NCBI GenBank assembly: GCA_965645245.1
Contig: OZ287068.1
Location: forward strand, 2,728,001 to 2,792,000
Direction of reading: 5' to 3'
DNA length: 64,000 nt
Source of the DNA: Massalongia carnosa
Taxonomy: Eukaryota
The position numbers were made by a program, and so were the translations under genes. The notes below the pieces were generated by a model, which searched no databases, had not been told where the DNA came from, and saw only the letters and a list, made by a program, of their open reading frames with translations. Below, piece by piece: positions 23,329 through 37,072 of this stretch. Position 1 is the first letter of the stretch. The number at the start of each line of letters is the position of its first letter.

Positions 23329-26300
23329 TCAACCAGCAGGAAACTCATCCTCCAGCCCCAACCGCGCGCTAATATTCATGCTCCACAGCTCCTGAATCAA
23401 CAGCTTGGCCGCGTACGGAATCACCATGCGCGCCATGCCGCCGGACATCTTGCAGCTCTGACACCAGCCCTGATAGCCCATAAGGCCGCAGCGGCCGCAG
23501 ACGTCGACAGCGTGCGCGTCGCTACTCAGCATGAGGCGCTCCAGCAGCAGCTGCGATGCCCCATACGCGATCAGGCAGTCCCGCTCCATCTCGCCGAGGC
23601 GCAGGCCTCCGTCGCGCGAGCGGCCTTCGGTCGGTTGGCGCGTGAGGGTGGCGCGCGGGCCGCGCGCGCGAGAGTGCATCTTGTCTTGCACCATATGCTT
23701 GAGTTTTTGGTAGTAGATGGGCCCGGTGAAGATGTAGGCGGGGAGGCATTCGCCCGTGATGCCGCTTGTCAAGGGATCCTTGCCCGAGTAGGAGAATCCA
23801 TGGCGAACGAGCAGGTCGCTCATGTCTTGCACGGGGCTGCCGCCGAAGGCGGTGCCGTACTGCAGCTCGCCGTCCAACACGCCCGCTTTGCCTGCCACCA
23901 GCTCGAGCATTTTGCCGACGGTCATGCGCGAGGGGAAGCCGTGCGGGTTCATGATGATGTCGGGAACGATGCCCTCGTCGGAGAATGGCATGTCGACTTG
24001 CTCGGCCACAATCCCCACGACGCCCTTTTGCCCGTGGCGCGAGGAGAACTTGTCGCCGACCTCGGGGCGGCGCGTTTGGCGCGTTTGCACTTTAATCAGC
24101 CGCGCTTCAGCTTCGTTGACGGTGACCATTACTTTGTCGATGTAGCTGGGGTCGGGGAGTCGGTATGTCATGGGCGCGTCGCGGAACTCCACCGTAGCGC
24201 CACCTTGAAGGTCGGAGCTTAAGCCAGCGGCGTTAGCATTGAGAGGGGTTTGCTTCATGATGTATACCTCCCCCGCGCTGACTTTTTCTCCGACGGCGGC
24301 TAGGCCGTGCTCGTCCAAGAGCGCGTGTTTTTTGATCGGCACGCCGTTTTCAATCACCCGGTCGCCGACCCGGTCTTCGGTGCCGTTTGGGTATTTTCGC
24401 AGGGCGGCGGTGTAGCGGCGGAAGACCTGGCACCGGCCGAAGCCGCGGTCGCAGGAGGCTTTGTTGAGGACGAGGGCGTCTTCGATGTCGTAGCCCGAAT
24501 AGCTCATCACCGCCACAGTGGCATTTTGCCCCGCGGGTAGCTGGTCGTATTTGATCAGCTCAATAGCACGAGTCTTGACCATGGGCTTTTGCGGGTAAAC
24601 CATCAGGTAAAGAATGCTGTCGATTCGGAGGAATTGGTTGTGAGCAATTGCACCGATGGCTTGCTTGCCCATGGCGCACTGATAAGTATTTCGGGGGGAT
24701 TGGTTGTGATGAGGATAAGGGATTAGACCCGCAACGGCACCCAAGATAGTAAACGGTTCAATCTCAAGGTGGGTGGTGGTGTCGTTGATGTCGGTTTCAT
24801 ACATAGCGATATTCGAGTCGTTTTCTTCATTGACGTCCAGGTATTCCACAAGCCCCCGGGATATAAAACCATCAAAGTCTAGTTTACCGTTTCGAAGCGA
24901 TTTTAGATGCCTTGCTGTGACTTTCGACTTGCTCTTTTCCACGATGATCAAGGGCCGGCAGATGCGCCCTTCGTCAGTGGCGATGTGGACTGCACCATGA
25001 TGATGATTGATGAAAATGCTGATAAACTCAGATATGCGGCCTATCCGGCGGAGTTTCCGAAAGCTATTCAGGAATTGCTTCGGCAGGCGAGTTAAGGCCA
25101 CAGGAGTGCCGTTGACAAAAATTATGTACGCCCCATCCGCATAAAGGTCCTTTCCGTTCACGGCAGCAATATCCTCGGCACCGAGTACAAGTATCAATCG
25201 CATCACCGGATCTTCCTCATCGTCGGTGGTAATGTGCGTCATCAGAGCTAGATTCTTAACCAAACCACAAGCCTCTCCTTCGGGAGTATCAGAAGGGCAG
25301 AGCATTCCAAATTGGGAAGGCTGAAGAGCTCGGGGACCGCTGATTTTCCGCGTCTTCTCAAACTGGCTGGTAATCCTGGTCATCATGCCCAAGGCGCTGA
25401 TGTAACTTAGTCGACTTAACACGTGGGTTACGCCAGCTCTCTTCATCCGGAAGCGCTTAAGGTCCCAGTTTCCGGTCGAGATGGCTCGGTTCATACCGGC
25501 GGTGATGTGGTTGGCATGTACCTGCATCACGGTCAAGGCATCAAACTCCTCCGTTCGAGCGGGTTTCTTCAGAACTTTGTCAATGGTAATCTTGATGTCG
25601 TGGTTGAATTTCTTAAAAAGGTCTTCGAACAGCAATGACAGAAGCTGGCCAGCCAACTCCAAGCGCTTGTTTCCCACGTAATCCCGATCGTCCACTAATT
25701 TCTTATCGTGATTCGCCATTAAAACCCTCCTTACCATGTACGCTACGTAAAGACACTTGGGGCGAAAATTCATGGCGTGGACGGGTACATGCGTGATGAT
25801 GACAGAAATCAAGGCCTCCAAAGCTTCTTGTACCCAATCTCTTCGGGGGTTACCAAAAGCCACTTTACGGGCAATCTTGATGCGTCCGCCAATGTATGAC
25901 AGGGCTTCTGTTTGAGTGAAGATCCCTAGCTTTGCACATTCCTCGAAGTTGCCTGAGAACAGGTCTTGATAGATTGCATCCCGGCCGGCAACCAGCAGCA
26001 GGATCTCATGATCGGAATGAATCCCCATGGCTTTGAACAACAGAACAATTGGAATATCCTCGCTCACGACGTTATGCTTCATGTAGACCCGGTCGTTTTT
26101 CATGATAATGTATGTTTTTGACTTTCGCGCGTGCGTCGAACTGTATGATTTAGCGGGTTCTTCCCTTGATAGGCGTTCTCTTACCTCGTTACCGACGCTT
26201 GCACGGTGTTTTTCTTATACTCTTGCTCCACAATCACTCGATTCTTGCTTAGCTGTTCCTGAACTAGGATCACCTTTTCCGTTCCGTTAACGATAAAGTA

Positions 26301-27273
26301 GCCGCCAGGATCCAAGGGACATTCATGCACCGCAGACATCTCCTTCTCACTTTTACTCGAGAGAATGCATTTGGCGCTTCGTAGCATCATCGGGAGGCGA
26401 CCTATCGGAATACCTTTTCGACGAATTTCGCGATTCCCTCGCCAATAGGCAATATTGACGAGGATGGGTGCCGCGTAGGTTGCATCGCGTAAACGACATT
26501 CATTCGGGGTCACGGTCGACTCGAAGCGCGAATGCTCAGAGACTTCTTCATCCAATCGGGTTGGTTTCCCCACGTAAATGTCGGTATAATGCAGATAGAA
26601 TTTCGGCTCGACATCGCTCAAGATGGTCCGATTTGCTTTAACAATCTTTCTCAGCTCTACTTCGATGAAAAAGTTGAAGGAGTCGATATGCTGCTTGACC
26701 AGCCCTTTCACTTTTAGAAACGCTGGAAGTAAGTTCCATTTATCCTACAGCATGTTTAACACCATGCCAGAAGCCCTTCGACGACATTTACCAGCCTACC
26801 TTGGCAGTATCAATGGGTTCGGTTAAAGATTTCCCCTGATAAAAAGGTTCCAGCAGCGCGCCGAAGCCCTAACCGCACATTAGCAATCGAGGGGTTTTCA
26901 CAAGAGTAGCAGATATACGGAATACTCACATCGTCGGGAACATGTTGCTTTGACTTCGATCGTCGCTCGGGAAGCGATTTTTCCGCTTCATTCTGGTTGC
27001 TTGCTGGCTTCGTTTTGTCTATCTCCGGTCTCTTGGCTGCAGCTTGCTTTGTTCTTGGTTTCGTGGACTTGGTGGCTGGCTAAGCGGATAGTAGTCAGCT
27101 CAGCGACATAAGAGCAAGGTTCACGTCTTATGGCTTATATGTTTGTAGTTTATGTGTTTTTTTTTCTTTTTTCTTTTTGGATTTTAAGGAGAGTGTTATC
27201 ATATTCTTACCTTCTCCGTGGCGGGCTGCTTCGTCGTCGCTGCTATACCAGTAGGTGAGGCAGGCGGAGTCAT
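23329..27273 (-). CDS. RPC2: RNA polymerase III second-largest subunit
   Basis: [65 protein letters not shown]-terminal Zn finger; N-terminal exons spliced by eye from ATG 27273. Confidence 0.93.
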
Positions 27274-29008
27274 TTTCTCAAACTATTCTAATCGGGCATA
27301 ACCCGCTTAACATTAAGGCCACAACGAGATCTACCTGGCGCCTCGGCAGTTCAAACTTGTGCACCACGGGCCTGGGACGAGTCTCGATGCGGTTAGCGTC
27401 ACTCTCACCGCCTGAGCTTATTTCATCCGTGTGGAATTCGGCTGTGCCTTCACAATTAATTCCATCAATTCCACCCAATTTGATAGGAGCAAAATCAAAA
27501 ATACTTTAGATAATTGTCCCTCCCCCCCAACGTTATTCCCAAACCGAGTCTTTGATGCGCCTGTCGATCCACCCCCCCAGGAGCCAGCGATGCATGTGAT
27601 AAATCTAATTCTTTTCGTCCCGGAATACTCTGAGCTTATGTTGCTGCTCCGACTGAGTCTTATCCAGTAGACACCCACGCCCTCGGTCGCGCTATGTATG
27701 ATAAGGTCTTAACATCATCCAGAGACTTTTCTCCCTTCTATCGGCCCCACGTTGTCCTCAATCATCAGCAGGGACCTGTGTGGTAATGCGGGGAAGGTGG
27801 CAGGAATCACAAAGCACCAAGCCTCATTGGCATGACTGCCCTGGACTCATACATATCAGGATTCGTACCTGGATGGACCAAGCCTGGTACTACAACCCAT
27901 CAACCTATCCGATGAAGCACGCAATTCCTTTAAGTTTTCGGGCTTTTTAATGGTACAAAGCGATACACAATTGAGAGTTTCCCTTATCCAATCCAGCATG
28001 CTGTGTGATATTGATGGCCAGATCATGAATTTGCCAACATTCAAGGAAACCCCGTCAACACTCAGCTCCTCTAGTCGGTGCATGGTAACTCATGCACACA
28101 ATAGGTGTATCTGTGTTTTAGACCCCCAAAGCAGGCCGTTGTTGTAACCACCTGAAGAAAGAAGCTCAGCAGCTGCCGCTCGTCAAATCGGATTGATGGG
28201 CGATGTGATTGATGGTGACTGGCAAGTGAACAACTGTCGAGGCCGCAAGGTTGAGTGATGATGAGCCCAGGACCCAGGGGGGAAAGAGAGAGAGGCGGCC
28301 GAATGAGGTTAAACCACTCGCCTCTAAATGCACTAGCCGCATGGCAGACAATTAATTCACTTGACACTTAAACGTGTTAGTGAAGCTACGAGAACGCTAC
28401 TTTCGTCTGTACCTACAACCTACACTGCACACTACACCCCCCCGTGAAACTCTTTCTCACTAGAACTTCACATCCCACTCTTCATCTTCCAACCCCCCTC
28501 CCCAAATCTCACTCGGCTTCTGCTTACGCTGCTTGCCCCCCCCATTGAACCGTTTGCTTGTAATTGTACGATGGATGTCATGAACTGACTGTTTCCGTTC
28601 TCTTGGGACTCTGCACCAATCCCAGCAACCCGCAACACCGCATGGCCGCCGGCGACCCATGCGGTACAATACCAAACACCCCAATCCCCCATCTCTTCGC
28701 GGTGATACGAAAGAGAGGCAAGGGATTGAGCGTTCACATCCTCCGATCCTATTCAAGGTGAAGTGAATAATCACCTCACCTTACTTTCACGCTGATTCAC
28801 TGTAAGTTCTCAAAAGGCCACCTGATGGTTCACTTTGCACCTCAAATACCTCGTCGATCTTCTTCGTCCTCGTCTTCTTCCTTCTGCTCCACATCCTTCC
28901 TTTATCCTTCTTTCCTCCACACCGCTGAATTGCTTCATCATCCTACCTTCTGTTGGCACCATCTGCGCTTTTACCTTGCTGTGACTGATCGGATTACCCA
29001 TAGCAAAA

Positions 29009-32000
29009 ATGGCTTTCAACAACAACTCGTTGACCAGCCGCCTGGAAGACCTACGCTCTCGAAACCCCCAGTCAACCGGAAGCGAGAGTTCTACCGGCTA
29101 CACACCCCCCTCAAGATACAGTGGAAGCTTTATGGCTACGCATTCCCATCCCTCCAACGAGGTACGAGCGAGCCTTCAACGCCGCTTCACCACCGATCTA
29201 AGCAAGATGCCAACCCTCACACCCATTGGGCAACAGCCAAGCCAAGTGGTGGAACCGGTGGATATCTCTTCCACAGTATGTGAAATCTCTTGAACTGGCT
29301 ATCTTGTCATGTTAGGTGGTTAGGCCGATGATGGTCAACCTGAAACTTCACTTCCCATTCGATAGCCTATCTTCACTAGTTGCTGCTAACAATCAATTCT
29401 CATAGACTCTTCATAAGGTTCAGCTAGTAAGCCAACCCGCTCCTTTACTCTCCACAACCACCCCTTGCTTCGATTAGAACGGTTGACTAAAGGCCTTTTA
29501 GCTGGAAAAGAAGCGTTTAGAGTATGAAATGCTACGAGAGCAGCGACGACGATTTGAAGCAGAATTGGACTTGTTTAACCTGCAGCAAGCTCGCGAAAAA
29601 CAAGAGTTGGACCAAATGGCGCAGGATCTCAGCCGGGTCAACCTGTCCGCCGGACACCAGAGTGAACCAACCACTCCCCCAGAATACCGAGACCATGTCT
29701 TTCCCTCGGTGTTTTCTCGCACCAATCGATATTCTGCTTCGAGTTTGGCCTCACCGCCTGGGCTGAATAATCGCAGCAGCCGTTCTGGCTCTCAGCTAAC
29801 GTCGCCTCCCTCCGAGCTGGCTCAGACGTTGCATAATCATATCAATTCTGATACGTTGCCTTCTAAATCGGTTCCGGGTTCCAGACGCGGATCCAATGAC
29901 AGAGTTTCGGCGTATATCCCAGAGATGAATGGTACCAGCCAACGTAGCTCTGGATCGTAAGTGTTTACTTCTCGTGCTAGTCTCATTCCTTGCATTTGGT
30001 TCGATTCCGTTTCTAGTCACTTCTCTATGGGTTTGAATGTGCCTTTACGTAACGTTGTTGAGTTGTCGCTTCGCGTTGATTGCAGAAATCTCAAACCAAC
30101 GATATGTAAGGTGCAGCGGAGGGCGAAGCAGCATAGCCCTTGGAGCACCTGGTGTTCAAACGATTTGCGTTTTTTAAAACTTTGCTTTGGTAATTCCAAG
30201 ATTCTTTGGGTATTGATCTAATGTAATCATAGGACAAACCGGTATTCGATGCCAGTCACCGGATCAAGGAAACGACATTCTGAACTCGGATCGGACTTCT
30301 CTTCGGTTCTCGGTTTGGGACATATCAATACCACTGGCTTTTTGTTTGGTGATGACGACGAAAAGTCCTCGGGAAAGAAAGAATCCGCTACATCTCCGGA
30401 TGTAAAGAGCTACCTTCAAATGAACGCAACTGATGATAAATTTCCAATTCTAGTGCGTCGTGAAGACTATCCTGGTTTGGTGAGCAATTCTTGGCTCCAG
30501 ATTGGTCTTGACCGCTAACGGCTTGTTGCAGCTTTCTGCGTCCTCGGCTGCTCTGGATCTTGCGCTCTCGCAATCGCCTGGTCCAGAATCGCAGCCCAAT
30601 GGATGGACACCGTTTGCTCGTCACCGCCATTCGCAGCATAGTCTTCCTCAAAACATTTTTAACCCGCAGCAGAATGGCCAGCTTAACAATAGCACGTCTA
30701 CCGCCGTCGCTCAGCAATCCCCAGAAGCAATTGGCAACCCTCGGCAACTTAACCGACATTCCATGGAGGCGACATTTTCATTCAGTCAAGCGAATCTTCC
30801 CAGCCAGGCGACATCTAACGAAATCACGAGACCTACTCTTGCAAACATTCAGTCGTCATACTCCACCAATGACATACCCACGATAAAGAGCACAAATGGG
30901 CTCGGAGGAATCGTGACGCCTACCAAAACCCAAGCGCAACAGCATTTCCATAATCACAATGCCAGTCTAGGTCGTATTCCGTTGCATGCGGTAAACAATC
31001 GTCAGAGCCGCGAATTGCCTGCCCCAGAGGTTCGACGTGAAGAGCCGAGCAATGCCTATCAGCCTTTTCCCTCCGTTTTGCAAGCTAGCGCCGCTCCCTT
31101 CGGGCCCTCTACACCCGCAGCGTTAGCCACGGATTTAACCCCTAACGGAGTTATTCAGATGAACTCGGGCCTACAATACGCCACGCCAGCCTTTTATGGT
31201 GGTTACGGAATGCAATTGGCGAACATGAATATGACGCCTATACAGATGGGTAACGCTATGGCTTTCAATAATCAAATGCAGACTTTTCAAACTCAAAACG
31301 CTTTCCCGCAGTTTCAATCCTTTCCCCAACCGCCTCGATTTGCAGACAGCCAGGCTCGAGTAATCCAACAGAGACGCTTACAAAATGGTGAAGGTCTGCT
31401 CGCTCGATCTAGGCAATCATTAACAACTAACACGGCAACAGATAACGCCCGTTTTATCAATGTAAAATTAGAGCATTTGCAGGGCGAAATTTATGGTCTG
31501 TGCAAGGACCAACACGGCTGTCGTTACCTACAGAAGAAGTTGGAGGAACGCAACCCCGAATATGTGCATATTATCTTCTTAGAAACGAACCAGCATGTGG
31601 TAGAGCTAATGACAGGTATGTGTGTCCATTGTATCTATTTGCAGCTTTCTAACCTCTGAAGATCCTTTCGGCAATTACCTTTGCCAAAAGTTGCTTGAAT
31701 TCTCGAATGATGATCAGCGCACCGTCTTGATCAATAATGCGGCACCCCAGATGGTCAAGATTGCCCTCAACCAGCATGGCACCCGCGCCCTGCAAAAAAT
31801 GATAGAGTTTATTTCCACTCGCGAACAGGTATGCAAATTCCTTCGGTACTATCAAACCATACTCATCATTTTACAGATTCAAACAATCATTCATGCTCTA
31901 CAAGATAGGGTTGTGGAGCTAATTCAGGACTTGAACGGCAATCATGTTATACAAAAGTGTCTCAATCGACTTACGCCTGAGGATGCTCAGGTAGGTCACG

Positions 32001-32946
32001 TTGTACCCTTTCTCCCTCCCTACAAGCTAAAAATGCTCAGTTCATCTTCGACGGTGTTGGGAATAACTGTATAGTTGTTGGAACACATCGCCATGGATGC
32101 TGTGTACTGCAACGATGTATCGACCATGCCTCTGGTCTTCAAAAGGCCCAGCTTATCAGCCAAATCACCGCGAACGCTTTCTCTCTTGTTCAGGATCCCT
32201 TTGGAAATTATGTCGTACAGTACATTGTTGATCTGGCCGAGCCAGCTTTTACGGATCCGCTTTGCTACAGCTTTCAAGGCAGTATTCCACTTTTATCGAA
32301 GCAAAAGTTCAGCTCGAATGTAATAGAGAAGTGTTTACGTGGAGCGCAATCGAGCGTGACGAGAATGATGATTGAAGAGATGTTGAACGCAAACGAACTC
32401 GAGAAGATGCTTAGCGACTCATTCGCCAACTATGTTGTTCAAACCGCCTTGGACTATGCCGATCCTGAGACAAAGACTAAGCTTATCGATGCTATTCGTC
32501 CCATATTGCCGGCAATACGTCAAACCCCGTATGGGCGTCGGATTCAGAGCAAAATCATCGGTAATGAAGGGCAAGGCCGAGGGCGCCTAAGCGGTGGTCC
32601 TGCAACACCAAATGACGTATCTTCAGGCCAAATCCCAATCGCAAAGTCCATACACCCAGTCGCGTCGGCTACTCAGTACGGGACTTCTACCATCAATGGA
32701 TACCAAGGCCTTAACAACGCGTACATCACCGCTGTACCAACAGCATACCAGACCAATGGCAACGTTACCCACGTTGGCCCATACGCTCCATCCAATTCGT
32801 CGAGTTCTACAGCTCACTCTCAGACTTTTAGCAATGGATCTTCTAATTACACTCACTTCAGTTCAGATGACAGCCAACCCTCTGTACAACAGCCCGCACC
32901 ATCCTACTCTCGTGCTCCTCAAGTCAATGGCTTTAACTACTTTTGA
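29009..32946 (+). CDS. Pumilio/PUF RNA-binding protein (Puf4/Mpt5-like), ~9 exons
   Basis: PUF repeats CKDQHGCRYLQK, DPFGNYLCQK, NQHGTRALQK, DLNGNHVIQK, DSFANYVVQ after a long low-complexity N-terminus. Confidence 0.9.
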
Positions 32947-34655
32947 GAAGGCTCCACCTACCGACAGGTAAAATACGCTGTACCAGAACGACTGAACGAC
33001 TTTCATGCACATACAACCGAATTACGACTTGCCATTTATCCGAACGACAGGATTTGTCAATTTCCATGCTACCTCAACGATACGGGCTACCTGCACATAT
33101 GATCACTTTTCGGCTTTCCTGTAGGGTCACCGACTTCTTGAAGCAGCAGGATATGTCCTGGCACTTTTGCCCGCATGGAACACATTAGCCTGCTTCACGG
33201 AAGATTTGTGTCAGAACCGCTTCTCCGCCCGCTGTCCACGATATCCTTGCAAAATGGTAGCCAGCAGAAGTGCCGTAATCAGTTTCATTTTGTAACCATA
33301 CTGGTAGATGATGAAATTTTGTTCTCCCATTCACCCTGTTTTTTTTTGTTTTTTTACACCTTTATGCACAGCACGATTTCTTTTTTTAATGAAACCCAGC
33401 GAGCGACTGCTTTTACCTCGAACAAGATCTTCCCCTTAATGGGCAGAGATCCGTACCCAGCACTTTCTACAGCATTGATGGCCATATACCATTTTCAGAC
33501 TTTGTCGTCGATGGACCTCTACGCAGGTGTTCATCCTTTTCTTCAGAGTCTTCTACTGGCTCGAAGCAGCGCTAGTCCTGCAGCGAGAGCAATGATTGCT
33601 GTCGAAGCCACCACTCGGTTTTCGTGGGCTTGGCGGTGGTTTGAAAGCGGATTGTGGACGCCTTCGGTTTTATTATGTAGATGCAGCCACTTCTGATAGG
33701 AAGAAATGCTACCAGGGTTACTACTATCGTCGCTTGAGGTTCGCATTAGATTGAAGTAATTTGCAAATATTGGCCCGCGCAGATTTTGAATCGGGTGATT
33801 TGTCCAAGAAGGAACCCATCACAACCTTTTCCAGCATCCTATCTGTCTATACCTTACGCCCCTGAAGACGAAGACGAAAACTCAAAAACCCACAAGAGTC
33901 CCGGCCCTTGATCCCTATTAGATTCTCCCTCCCTCTATCAATCCCCATTTCCCCCCTCTCCTCCCTCCTTCAAGAGTTCGAAATCTCGCCTAAGCACATT
34001 AGAAAATCCTCCCCAACTGCACTCTACAACCTCCCCCCTACTTCAATAAACCAAGCGCCGGAATGAGGGTTGGAGGAGGAGGAGGGAGACATGTCGAGTC
34101 AACGGGCTATCCGTCATCCGTCCTGATTCTCGACATATATCTACTTGTCATGTATGGTTAAGTACTCCTCTTCCCTCGTTCCTTTTATCCCTCAAAACTC
34201 GCATTCCTCTCTCTCTCTCTCTCTCCCTCTAACTAGTTATCCGCACTCCTTCCTACCATGACACATAGCTAATAAACACGGATGTACGAAGGGGAAGGGA
34301 GGAATATCATAGCCAGCAAACCGCTCTCGAAGAAATTAAATTTTTTTGGATTTTTTTGGGTAGATTATTTCGCTTGACAAAAACAACAGTACACTCACCT
34401 TAAATCTATCTAGCTACTGACTGACTGACCGTAAATCAAGCCCCGACAGCTGTGATTGAGCTAGAAAATTTTCTAATTTCAGCAGAACAAACAAACAGGG
34501 CCTCGAAAAATTATCTCTAGCTTTGCGCTCGTGCCGTTCCATCTCTCTCCGTCACTGTTGCTTTTAGCTCGAAGAAGCCAAGAGGGTCAAGGCTGCCTTC
34601 ATCGCAAAACCCCCTCCTAATCGTCTCAATTCCCTCGCCATTAACCCTTGGCAGT

Positions 34656-36468
34656 CTAAAAAGCGGCCCCGGTCACTGCCCCATCTCCCGTAATACGATC
34701 CAAATGCCCTTCCGCCAAATCACTCTTTAATCCTTCCCTCCTACTCTCCCTCTCCGCCTTATCCCACTCTTTAAGCCCCTGCCTCTTCGCCTTCTGCTTC
34801 TCCTCGATCGCCTCAAGCAACTTCTTCTTGTCCTCTTCTAGCTGAGCGAGACGTTTTTCAGCCGCAGGGTCCATGCCTGTAGGCTCCAATTTGCCTCCAG
34901 GGACGATGGCCGGGACGCTGGCGAGGTGATTGAAAAAGCGCTGGGTACGCGGATAGGTGGTGGAGGAGCTGTTATTTGTGCGGAAAGGCGCGCGGGATGA
35001 ATCGAATGAAGGAGGGCCATGGTTATTGGGACGGTGTGGATGCGGGCCACGCGGGCCATCAGGAGGGCCGTCACCGCCGGAACGCGAGTCATAGTTCTGG
35101 TGACGATGAGAACCATGGTATGGGGACTGGGAAGGATGGCCACGGCGGGGTGGATGCCCGCCATAAGGACCATCGCGGGTGCTCTCTCTGCCAAAGGATG
35201 AACCCCCTCGAGGACGGGTCGGTGCAGAGAGGAGCGATGCGCTACTTGGGCGATTGTGAGCCGACATGGAGATTGGAGCGGAAGGCGGACCAGTAGGTGA
35301 ACCGCGGGGATAGGATCCATTGTAGTGAGGAGCACCGGGGCCGCTGGGAGGACCGCGAGAATCTCCATTTTCATACCCGGAACCTTGAGGCCCACCCATT
35401 TGAGTATTTGACCATGTGTTAGAGTTAGACCCGTTGCGAAACTCGTTTCTCCCACGTCCAGGTGGGGATTCACGTCGACGTGGAGGAGGAGGCGGCGAAC
35501 GCTGACGGTAGGGAATTGAGTCACGTGGCGGGGAAATTGGCGCTGGAGGCGTATAACCTCGGCGAATTGGCGATCTGTCCCGGTAGCCTCCGGATGACTG
35601 AATAAGCTGTTGGCGAGGATTGCGAAGGGCAGGTGAATGCGTGCCAGAGCCAGCGAGTGCCATCCTATCAGGGTGAATCTGGGGCGAAGAGCGCCGAGAA
35701 GAGATAGGGGACGCAACGTGAGACACATGCTCAGAACGCCGAATTGGGGAACGGGTGCGTTCTCTTAGAGCGGGACGATAATCTCGCGTAAATTTTGGCC
35801 CGTTGTCTCGAGGCGGGGAGTATACGCGTCTCTCAAACCTCTCGCGTGGTGGGGAAGCAAACCTCTCTCTCTTAGCAAACGGAGGTGACCGTTGTCGGCG
35901 ATCATCGATCGGTGATGGCTCCCGACCTCGTTTGATCGGAAAAGGTGAGCGCGGCCGGATTCCTCCTCCGTTTACGGGCGACCGTGAATATCGTCTGGGT
36001 CGCGGAGGGGGTGATGCTATAGGTGCATCTCTTCGAGGCGGATAGCCACGTGGGGGAGATCTTGGCCGTCCTCGGTAATTGCCTCCACCGCCTCTACCTC
36101 TAAAAGTTGGGCTTCTAGAGCGACGTCTGTTAGATCGGCTTCGAGGTCGCTCAGGTCTACGATTCTCAGGCGGAGGGTATGGATTGGAGTATGGTGGTGG
36201 AGTCCGACCCCGTCGAGGTGATCGATTTCCACGATAAAGATTGTTTCGTGGAGGAGAATTTGCATATCGTTCAGATGTTCGATATGTTTCTCCATCTGGG
36301 TTATGTTCACTTTCATGATACCTAAGAGACGATAATTTTAGACACGGCTTTACTATGAATAGCGCTTCTGAAGATACATAGCGAGCCGACTCAAGGTCTT
36401 CAAGTCAAGTAACGAGCAGAGCAGATCAAGCCTGGAGACACTAACCTTCGATCACGACCTCTATCCAT
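34656..36468 (-). CDS. Arg/Ser/Pro-rich protein with C-terminal coiled coil (SR-matrix-like)
   Basis: Exon 1 MDRGRDRR (36468-36446), intron, then an open frame 36321-34656 rich in RSP/RSRSP. Confidence 0.75.
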
Positions 36469-37072
36469 CTTGTGCAAAGGCCGCAGCGTAAGTGTTGCTA
36501 CGCACGTAACAGTTTTTCAATATCGATGAGTAGAGTAGATACGAAAGGTAAGAGTCACAACCTCACAGCCTCAGTGATAGATGCAAATCATATGTAGATG
36601 GCGGTGAATACAGGCAGGTAGGTGGTTGATGCGACGTGAATTAGTTGATGTTGTGGTGCTTGGCTGCTCAGAAAAGATTTCCGTTTTCTTTCGCATTTTC
36701 GCACTAGCCAAAAAGGGGGTAAGGCTGGGGTTCCCTCCTTTTCCGCACATACACAAATTAAAGAGCTAAGGCCAGTCAAACGCCAGCGCTCAACAGAAGA
36801 TGGATAAGATTCATCGTAAATGCTTTTTTCTTGTTTAGCCCCACTAGTAGTATGACCCATTGCCATAGGTCGCATTTCTTGTACTAAAGCCCAGCTCCAA
36901 TGGGTGTGTTCTATACAGACATCTAGGACTGGAGGCGACAGTGGTAGGCCCGCACCGCTTAGGTATGCAGGGAATCTTATCAAATTATTAGTCACATAGG
37001 CTGTATGACAAGTTCAATCTTGTCATGTCCTCTTCATTCCTTCCAATATGTAAATGCTTGGATTTCTTCACT

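Noticed and set aside
23266..24222. 318-aa plus-strand ORF
   Set aside because: Antisense shadow of the GC-rich RPC2 3' region.
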